From contig CAYTXW010000002.1 in assembly GCA_964441575.1 (NCBI GenBank), positions 1 to 34,890 of the forward strand: a stretch of 34,890 bases of DNA, written 5' to 3'. Each line of letters starts with the position of its first letter. Positions within the stretch are counted from its first letter, which is position 1. This DNA comes from an uncultured Oscillospiraceae bacterium. Lineage in GTDB: Bacteria > Bacillota > Clostridia > Oscillospirales > Oscillospiraceae. The position numbers were made by a program, and so were the translations under genes. Below the pieces are notes generated by a model that did no database searches, had not been told where the DNA came from, and saw only the letters and a program-made list of their open reading frames with translations. Of the stretch, positions 26,281-32,798 are shown piece after piece.

Positions 26281-27387
26281 TTAGCCTGCCCGGATGATCT
26301 CCAAGGCGGGGAGGGCACGGCCATCGTAGTCAAACAGGGCCTGGTTGGCCCACTCATTTCCGCCAAGGCGGGGTTCGTTCAGATAAGCACGGCCCTTTTC
26401 GTTGGCCCATTCGCTGCCGGGGACGGGAATCCAAGCCGGTTCCCAGTAGACAAAGCCCTTGCCGTGTCCCTCCGGGACCTGGCGGATGGTCTCAATCAGC
26501 TCAGTCATGAACTGGCACTGGCCCGCCGGAGTCATGGGGTAAAGTACAGTTTCCACGGTGCTGCTGTTGGCGGCCATGCCCACGCGGCGGTTATCGGGCA
26601 GCTGCTCATAGGGCTGGTAGTCCTCCAGAGTGAATCCGGCGGCAGTTTCGGTGACAACCATGTCCTTGTGATAGCGCAGGGCCAGATCGTTCATGTTCTC
26701 CCGCAGGGCTTCCATGGTCCCGTGCCAGAAAGGATAGTAGCTCATGCCGATGTAATCAAAGTTGCTGCCGCCGGCGGCAAAGTAGCGGTCCAGCCAGTCG
26801 CGGAACAGACCGTTGCGGCAGCCGTTGTCCAGATGAATCATGACGGGAATGGCGGGGGAAATCTCCCGGACAGCCCGGATACCCGCGCTTAAAAACAGGG
26901 CGATGGCGTCAAAATTAGGGTGCTTTCCATAAGGCCACAGGAGGCCGGAGGACAGTTCGTTGCCAACGGAGACAATGGCGGGTAGCAAATTGGATTCCCG
27001 CAGGACCGTCAGAACGGAACGGCTGTAGTCGTAGACCGCCTGCGCTACCTCGCTCTCGCTTTTGCCGCGCCAGGCCTTGGGGAGAAGCTGCTTGCCAGGG
27101 TCGGTCCAGAAGTCGCTGTACTGGAAGTCCAGCATCCAGCCAACGCCAAGCTGTTTAGCACGGCGGGCCAGGATCATGGTCCGGGGCAGATCGTTGGTCC
27201 CCGCACCGTAGGTTTCGCCGTCCTCGGTGTAGGGGTCGTTCCAGAGCCGCAGGCGCACCAGGTTCATACCGTAGTTCTTCAGAATTTGCAGTGCGCTGCC
27301 AGGAGTCCCGTGATCGGAAAAGGTTCCGCCGCATTCCTCCACCTCCAGAAGGGAGGAGACGTCCATGCCTTTGATGAATGAGTTCAT
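26281..27387 (-). CDS. Arabinogalactan endo-beta-1,4-galactanase (GH53), no signal peptide
   Basis: 368 aa. MNSFIKGMDVSSL N-terminus. GH53 catalytic motifs VSVGNE (acid/base) and VVTETA (nucleophile). Confidence 0.85.
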   Translation of the reverse strand: MNSFIKGMDVSSLLEVEECGGTFSDHGTPGSALQILKNYGMNLVRLRLWNDPYTEDGETYGAGTNDLPRTMILARRAKQLGVGWMLDFQYSDFWTDPGKQLLPKAWRGKSESEVAQAVYDYSRSVLTVLRESNLLPAIVSVGNELSSGLLWPYGKHPNFDAIALFLSAGIRAVREISPAIPVMIHLDNGCRNGLFRDWLDRYFAAGGSNFDYIGMSYYPFWHGTMEALRENMNDLALRYHKDMVVTETAAGFTLEDYQPYEQLPDNRRVGMAANSSTVETVLYPMTPAGQCQFMTELIETIRQVPEGHGKGFVYWEPAWIPVPGSEWANEKGRAYLNEPRLGGNEWANQALFDYDGRALPALEIIRAG

Positions 27388-27903
27388 GTTTCCACCTCAA
27401 TTGCCGATAAATTTCTCTCTGCAACAATTACTGCGTAGCCGTCCGTGTCATAGGACACGCCGGTTTTCAGAAAGTGATTTTTGCGCCAGGAGCCAGCGCT
27501 CTGCGGGTTTCCCTTAACTCAGCAGAGCCGGACCGCCGCGTATTGCTGCTTTTGCAGATGGCCGCAAAGCTCGCGGATGATTTCGGTTCCGATGCCCCGG
27601 CGCTGAACGGAGAGATCGGTCATAAAAAACCGATGAAGGCCGTCCCGGCGTTGGGATAACCGTCAATTAAATCCATCACTGCGATCAGGCACCCATTTTC
27701 AAAATAGCCGATGTAATACTTGTCATCCATGCTTTTGCAAAGCGGCAGGGCACACATATCGCGGCGAATTCCGCCGACTGTGACGAACGGCGGACAGTAT
27801 GCATAAAAAGCGGGTTTTGCCTGTAAAGTGCCGAAACGATGTCCGCGGCTTCCTCGGCGAGCCGCCGGACGCGGTATTGATTTGAAAAGCATTGCAGTTC
27901 CAA
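27384..27903 (-). pseudogene. Disrupted GNAT-family N-acetyltransferase
   Basis: GNAT-like sequence is split over frames: YRVRRLAEEAADIVSALYRQNPLF / YAYCPPFVTVGGIRRDM...MDLIDGYPNAGTAFIGF / FMTDLSVQRRGIGTEIIRELCGHLQKQQYAAVRLC*VKGNPQSAGSWRKNHF. Frame changes fall at A-runs 27805-27809 and 27624-27629 (plus strand). In-frame TGA at 27519-27521. Confidence 0.6.
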
Positions 27904-27904
27904 T

Positions 27905-28402
27905 TTACAAAATCGGCGCGGAGCCGTCATCGGCATCCTTGGTGATAGACCGGACCTGCACAAAATAGCTGTAGTGTTCGTTGGCGGCCACCTGGAAGCG
28001 GTCGCCCAGCTTTTTACCCAGAAGGGCCTTGCCCATGGGAGATTCCTTGCTGATGCGCCCGTTCAACGGGTCGCAGCGGACCGTGGTGACAACCTGGATG
28101 GTCTGGACCTCGTCGTCATCCTCGAAGTACAGCTCCACCCTGTCGAACAGGCCGACCTCGTCTGCCTTGGAACTGTCCTCAATGACCGTGGCGGATTTTA
28201 TCATTCGGTCTAAGTAGCGGATGCGGCTCTTGTTGCGGTTTTGGGCCTGCTTGGCGGCCTTGTATTCAAAATTTTCGCTCAGATCGCCAAAGGCGCGGGT
28301 GCGCTTGACCTCCTCCAGCAGCTCGGGCATCAGCTCGATGCGCCGGTAGTCCAGCTCCTGCTGCATTTTCTGGATATCCTGAGTAGTCAGTTCGTTATTC
28401 AT
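27905..28402 (-). CDS. greA: Transcription elongation factor GreA
   Basis: Trimmed to MNNELTTQDIQKMQQELDYRR... (ATG 28402). FGDLSENFEYKAAKQ motif. C-terminal FKBP-like domain. The track start at 28648 is an over-extension. Confidence 0.9.
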   Translation of the reverse strand: MNNELTTQDIQKMQQELDYRRIELMPELLEEVKRTRAFGDLSENFEYKAAKQAQNRNKSRIRYLDRMIKSATVIEDSSKADEVGLFDRVELYFEDDDEVQTIQVVTTVRCDPLNGRISKESPMGKALLGKKLGDRFQVAANEHYSYFVQVRSITKDADDGSAPIL

Positions 28403-28427
28403 TTTCAAAGACCTCTTTTCGAATCCG

Positions 28428-28456
28428 ATTATATTCCTTTTAACGGTCTTTTTCAA
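28428..28456 (-). promoter_or_regulatory. Putative greA promoter (TTGAAA-17-TATAAT)
   Basis: Minus strand: TTGAAA (28456-28451), 17-nt spacer, TATAAT (28433-28428). About 25 nt upstream of the greA ATG. Confidence 0.6.
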
Positions 28457-28614
28457 TCGGAATTCTGAATGGGGCCTATGGCCCGGAAGGAGAAACGGAA
28501 GATGCAGATATCCGTAGGAAGCAGATACGCCGGCGCATCCGGAAAAGGTGTCCGGCAGGGTGAAGTATTTCACATAGCAGCCCACGGGATTGCGGGCCGG
28601 AACCCGGCCGGGCT

Positions 28615-29616
28615 TCAAGTCCTCCGTACTGTCTCGGGGATACCGCACGTTGACGTATTGGAGCCTTCATGACTGTGAAGCCGGAGTTGTGCGGGAATGG
28701 GAATCGTGCTCCAAAGCTGCTCCGGATACAGCCCCTGGGCTTTCATGCCCGCGATGGCGGCTGCGACGCCGGGCAGATCTTCTTTGTAGGTAATGCCGTA
28801 CCACCGGGCGTTGGTGCGCAGAACCTGCACCGTGTCGGTTCCGTCCTGGAGCATCCGTCCGGAGACCGAAGGCAGGAAAAATTCCGCCTTTTGGGGATTG
28901 CGGGGGAGGGCCTCCGTGAGAAATTCCCGAAACATCCCATCCAGACGGTCCAGCACCCCGTGCTGGAAGCCCCACAAGTTCATGGAAACTACGGTCCCCT
29001 TGGGCAGATCGGTAAAGGTCTCACCGTCTTCGGTGTAGGCCGCGCCATAGGGGCGCTGTTCGATGTGGGTCCGCTCCGCAATGCCGCGGAGATAGCCCCG
29101 TGCGTCCACCTGGCAGATGCCGCGGGAAACAGAGCCGTTTTCTGTCAGGGTGTTTTCCAACGCATAGCCCACCATGGCCTGCTCGGAGGGGGCGCGGTCC
29201 GCCCGCAGGAATGCGGCAATGGCCTGAAAAGCCGCGTGACCGTAGAAATCGTCGGCGTTGATGACAGCGAAGGGACCGTCCACCTCCGGCGCAGCGCAGA
29301 GTACCGCGTGAGCTGTACCCCAGGGCTTCACACGGCCCTCGGGAATGGCAAAGCCCGCCGGGAGTTTGTCCAGACGCTGATAGGCGTATTGCAGTTCCAC
29401 ATGGGGCCGGAGCCTCCGCCCGATCTTTTCCTCAAAGCCCTCATGCATCTCTTCCTTGATGACGCAGACGATCTTGCCGAATCCGGCGCGAACGGCGTCA
29501 AAAATGGAAAAATCCATAATAAAGTGTCCCTGAGGGTCTACGGGGGTCATCTGCTTCAACCCGCCAAACCGGCTGCCCATCCCGGCAGCCATAATCACCA
29601 ATGTCGGTGCCTGCAT
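28615..29616 (-). CDS. Sugar-phosphate nucleotidyltransferase family protein
   Basis: Trimmed to MQAPTLVIMAAGMGSRFGGLKQ... (ATG 29616, AGGAGGAA RBS). GxGxRF NTP-transferase signature. Substrate is not assignable. Confidence 0.75.
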   Translation of the reverse strand: MQAPTLVIMAAGMGSRFGGLKQMTPVDPQGHFIMDFSIFDAVRAGFGKIVCVIKEEMHEGFEEKIGRRLRPHVELQYAYQRLDKLPAGFAIPEGRVKPWGTAHAVLCAAPEVDGPFAVINADDFYGHAAFQAIAAFLRADRAPSEQAMVGYALENTLTENGSVSRGICQVDARGYLRGIAERTHIEQRPYGAAYTEDGETFTDLPKGTVVSMNLWGFQHGVLDRLDGMFREFLTEALPRNPQKAEFFLPSVSGRMLQDGTDTVQVLRTNARWYGITYKEDLPGVAAAIAGMKAQGLYPEQLWSTIPIPAQLRLHSHEGSNTSTCGIPETVRRT

Positions 29617-29713
29617 GACATGTTCCTCCTGCCTGTTTTGCTTGATAAAGCGAATCAAGGATGAAAAAGACACTTTTCCGCACGATGGGCGTTTGATTCG
29701 CTTTTGTTATTTT

Positions 29714-29742
29714 ATAGTACCCTCCGTGAGTGGGATTTGCAA
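29714..29742 (-). promoter_or_regulatory. Putative promoter of the nucleotidyltransferase gene (TTGCAA-17-TACTAT)
   Basis: Minus strand: TTGCAA (29742-29737), 17-nt spacer, TACTAT (29719-29714). Confidence 0.4.
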
Positions 29743-29940
29743 GTGAAAAGAATGAAAAAAGCGGTTCGCCACATGAAAACAAGACCGGCAGCCGCGAATG
29801 GAATTGAGGATGAATGTCAGGATGCCAATCGATTCGCCGGGGGGACGGCCATTTGCGGCTTATGAGACAGGCGGACGTGAGGACGGGATGGGCATAGCCT
29901 GTGCCTTCGTATGTATTTACTGGTAAGTTTCCCCAAGTAG

Positions 29941-29969
29941 ATGACAAGTGGGGAAAAAACGAGTATAAT
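29941..29969 (+). promoter_or_regulatory. Putative promoter of the His-rich/cooT/cooC/acs unit (ATGACA-17-TATAAT)
   Basis: ATGACA at 29941-29946, 17-nt spacer, TATAAT at 29964-29969. About 50 nt upstream of the first gene. Confidence 0.5.
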
Positions 29970-30018
29970 AGCATCAAAATAAGACCGTTTTCCGGCGAGA
30001 TAAGAAAGGATGATTTTT

Positions 30019-30366
30019 ATGCATTTGGATCATGAAGGGACTCATGAGCATCCCCATATCCAGGATGACGCGACCCATACCCACGATCATGATCATGACC
30101 ACGCCCATTCCAATGACTGCGCGGCGGACAGCTGTGCCGCCTGCGGCGGCTGCGGGGACCATACGCCGAGGGAAGAGCTGACGGCGCTCATGAAGTATAT
30201 GGTCAACCACAACACCGCCCACGCCAACGAACTGGCGGAGCTGGCCAAGAAGCTGGGCGATTTGGGCGACAAGACCGCCTATGAGCAGGTCATGCTGGCT
30301 GTCAGCGACTTTGAAAAGGGCAATCTGCGGCTTCGCACCATTCTGGCGGCGATGCAGGATCATTGA
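30019..30366 (+). CDS. His/Asp/Cys-rich metal-binding protein with helical C-terminal domain (possible Ni chaperone/storage, CooJ-like role)
   Basis: MHLDHEGTHEHPHIQDDATHTHDHDHDHAHSNDCAADSCAACGGCGDH... followed by the predicted helical region ELTALMKYMVNHNTAHANELAELAKKLGDLGDK. I chose ATG 30019 (AAAGGA 8 nt upstream); the track start is 30010. Confidence 0.55.
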   Translation: MHLDHEGTHEHPHIQDDATHTHDHDHDHAHSNDCAADSCAACGGCGDHTPREELTALMKYMVNHNTAHANELAELAKKLGDLGDKTAYEQVMLAVSDFEKGNLRLRTILAAMQDH

Positions 30367-30478
30367 CAACGAAAACCGTGCGTTGATCGATAGATGAGGC
30401 AGCCGGAACGGATTGCCGGCCGGCGGCGGACCGATCAACACTAAATTTGTATTCTGATTATAAAAGGAGCGAATTACC

Positions 30479-30673
30479 ATGTGCCTTTCAACTGTTTATA
30501 ATGGCTCCAAGGAGCCGGAGAATATTGTGATGTCCAATGTCCAGCGCATTGATGTGCAGGAGGGACAGGTGCTTTTGACCGACCTGATGGAGCGGGAGAT
30601 GGTGGTTGTGGGCCAGCTGGTCATGGTGGACCTGGTGGGCGGCATGGCCATCGTCCGGGAGACTAAGGCGTGA
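30479..30673 (+). CDS. cooT: CooT-family nickel-binding protein
   Basis: 64 aa starting Met-Cys (MCLSTVY...), with the small beta-barrel pattern ...V.RIDV.EG.VLLTDL......G.LV.VDL..G.I of the CooT/PF10133 family. AAGGAG RBS. cooC lies nearby. Confidence 0.7.
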   Translation: MCLSTVYNGSKEPENIVMSNVQRIDVQEGQVLLTDLMEREMVVVGQLVMVDLVGGMAIVRETKA

Positions 30674-30897
30674 AACAGTACGAAATGGTCCGGGAGATCG
30701 AGAACCAGTGCGCGAACAACCAGATGCGCGATGTGTTCTTTGAGGAAGTGGAGACCGACGATCCGGCGGCCTATGTTCGCAGCATTCTAAAGGGGAAGTC
30801 CGTGGAGCTGACTGTGGATGTCCCCGGCCCCGGACGGTTCAACATATATGCCAACACTGCCGGTATCACGCAGAAGTTTCTCTTCACGGAAATTTGA
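30670..30897 (+). CDS. Hypothetical 75-aa protein, translationally coupled to cooT
   Basis: GTG start overlaps the cooT stop (GTGA). MKQYEMVREIENQCANNQMRDVFFEEVETDDPAAYVRSILKGKS... No family recognised. Confidence 0.5.
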   Translation: MKQYEMVREIENQCANNQMRDVFFEEVETDDPAAYVRSILKGKSVELTVDVPGPGRFNIYANTAGITQKFLFTEI

Positions 30898-31039
30898 ATT
30901 TTTTTCTCGGAAATGCTGCAAAACAGGACAGATTGGTCTTGTATTTCCTGAGGAAGTGTGATACGATATTTCTATATCGAAAGGGAAGTCGTGCGCCCGT
31001 TTCGAGATTGTCAATTTGCACCAAAGGAGCGCATTTTGA

Positions 31040-31807
31040 ATGCCGACACATACCATCGCAGTGGCCGGAAAGGGCGGCGTGGGCAAGACCACGACCTGCG
31101 GCATGATAATCGATTATCTGTGCAAGCAGAAAAAAGGTCCGGTTTTGGTTGTGGACGCCGACGCCAATTCCAATCTGAATGAGGTTCTTGGCGTCGAGGT
31201 CGAGATTACCTTGGGTGATATCCGCGAGGAAATGGCCCAGGCGGAGCTGAAGGGTACTATGCCCAAGAATATGACCAAGGCCGAATATGCCGATATGAAG
31301 TTCTCCTCCGCGCTGGTGGAGGAGGACGACTTTGACATGCTGGTCATGGGCCGGACCCAGGGCAAGGGCTGCTACTGCTTTGTCAACGGTGTCCTGAAGG
31401 CCCAGGTGGACAAGTACGCGGGGAATTACCGCTACATGGTCATCGACAACGAGGCGGGCCTGGAGCATATCAGCCGGGGAACGCTGCCGCATGTGGACAC
31501 CATGCTGCTGATCTCCGACTGCTCCCGCCGCGGGATTCAGGCCGTGGCCCGCATTGCAGAGATGATTAAGGATCTGGATCTGAAGCCCACCAATTTACAA
31601 CTCATTGTCAACCGTGCGCCGGGGGGGGAATTGAATCCCGGCGTTATGGAAGAAATTCAAAAGCATGACCTCCCGCTGTTGGGCGTCCTGCCCCAGGATG
31701 AGCTTGTGTTCCAGTATGACTGCGACGGCAAGCCCAGCTCCAAGGTGCCGGACAACACACCAGTCAAGGCAGCCCTGCATGAGATCATGCGCAAGCTCAA
31801 TTTGTAA
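31040..31807 (+). CDS. cooC: CooC/AcsF-type Ni-insertion ATPase (CODH/ACS maturation factor)
   Basis: 255 aa. Deviant Walker A AGKGGVGKTT. CxC metal motif GKGCYCF. MinD/ParA-like fold. Confidence 0.9.
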   Translation: MPTHTIAVAGKGGVGKTTTCGMIIDYLCKQKKGPVLVVDADANSNLNEVLGVEVEITLGDIREEMAQAELKGTMPKNMTKAEYADMKFSSALVEEDDFDMLVMGRTQGKGCYCFVNGVLKAQVDKYAGNYRYMVIDNEAGLEHISRGTLPHVDTMLLISDCSRRGIQAVARIAEMIKDLDLKPTNLQLIVNRAPGGELNPGVMEEIQKHDLPLLGVLPQDELVFQYDCDGKPSSKVPDNTPVKAALHEIMRKLNL

Positions 31808-31834
31808 GTAATTTTAACAAGGGGGATTACAAAC

Positions 31835-32779
31835 ATGTCTTTCGTACCCAAAAAGCAGGCGTTCAATGCCAAGATCAACGCCGTCACCCTCGGCACCGGT
31901 GACAAGGCGACGGTCCTTGGCGGACAGAATGTCCTGCCGTTCTACACCTTCGATGCGCCCATCGAAAACAAGCCCAAGATCGGCGTGGAGATTTCCGATG
32001 AGGGGATGGAAATCTGCACCACTGAGGGCATGAAGGCTTTCTATGCGGGCTGTGTCACGGTGGCTGATATGGCCAAACGGGCCGAGTCCATGCCCGGCGC
32101 ATCCTTCATCTGCCTCCACCTGGAAGGCGCCGATCCAAACGGACGGAATAAGTCTGTGGAGGAGTGCGTCGAGCTGGCAAAGGTCGTTTCCGAAACTACG
32201 GATATGCCCCTGGTCATCATGGGCTGCAAGAACGTAGACAAGGACGCGGAGCTATTCAGCAAGGTGGCAGAAGCCCTGGCAGGCAAGAACATTCTGGTTC
32301 TGTCCGCCCGTGAAGAAAACTACAAGACTGTCGGCGCTTCCGCCGGCCTGGCCTACAATCAGAAGGTCGGCGCGGAATCCGCTGTGGACATCAACCTGGC
32401 CAAGCAGCTGAACACCGTTATGACCCAGCTGGGCGTACCCGCCGGCTCCATCGTCATGAACGCCGGTTCCGCCGCCGCCGGTTACGGCTATGAGTATGTT
32501 GCCTCCACCCTGGACCGCATCAAGGCGGCCGCGCTGCAGCAGGGAGACGCCCAGCTGCAAATGCCCATTATGACCCCCGTGTCCCCCGACACCTGGGGCG
32601 TGAAGGAAGCGGTAATGTCAGAAGCGGATATGCCCGAATGGGGAAGCCAGGAAGAGCGCGGCGTGGAAATGGAAATCACCACCGCGGCGGCCTGCCTGGC
32701 CGGCGGCTCCGATGCTGTTATTATGCGGCATCCCGCAGCCATCGCGGCGATCTCCACCATGATCGACGCGCTGATTTAA
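31835..32779 (+). CDS. acsD: Corrinoid iron-sulfur protein small subunit (CFeSP delta, AcsD)
   Basis: 314 aa, colinear with Moorella AcsD (VLGG..LPF, HLEGADPNG...SVEECV, PLVIMGC, ENYK, DINLAKQLN, GYGYEY, IMRHP). Confidence 0.9.
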   Translation: MSFVPKKQAFNAKINAVTLGTGDKATVLGGQNVLPFYTFDAPIENKPKIGVEISDEGMEICTTEGMKAFYAGCVTVADMAKRAESMPGASFICLHLEGADPNGRNKSVEECVELAKVVSETTDMPLVIMGCKNVDKDAELFSKVAEALAGKNILVLSAREENYKTVGASAGLAYNQKVGAESAVDINLAKQLNTVMTQLGVPAGSIVMNAGSAAAGYGYEYVASTLDRIKAAALQQGDAQLQMPIMTPVSPDTWGVKEAVMSEADMPEWGSQEERGVEMEITTAAACLAGGSDAVIMRHPAAIAAISTMIDALI

Positions 32780-32798
32780 GAAGGAGGGAGTACATACT

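Noticed and set aside
27519-27521. The in-frame TGA in the GNAT reading frame as possible selenocysteine or other recoding.
   Set aside because: The gene also carries two frameshifts. GNAT enzymes are not selenoproteins. I see no SECIS-like hairpin directly downstream. Simple gene decay or sequencing error explains it better.
28615-28710. An apparent C-terminal extension of about 30 residues on the nucleotidyltransferase (…YPEQLWSTIPIPAQLRLHSHEGSNTSTCGIPETVRRT), possibly caused by a lost stop codon.
   Set aside because: Without an alignment I cannot tell where homologues end. The tail is in frame and has no obvious frameshift signature, so this stays unsupported.
29860-29900. Possible NiCo (czcD-type) riboswitch upstream of the His-rich/cooT operon, prompted by a GAGACAGGCGGACG segment.
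   Set aside because: I cannot reconstruct the four-helix junction or the conserved core from memory with any confidence. The segment also lies upstream of the best promoter candidate. It is kept only as a cmscan suggestion under the spacer finding.
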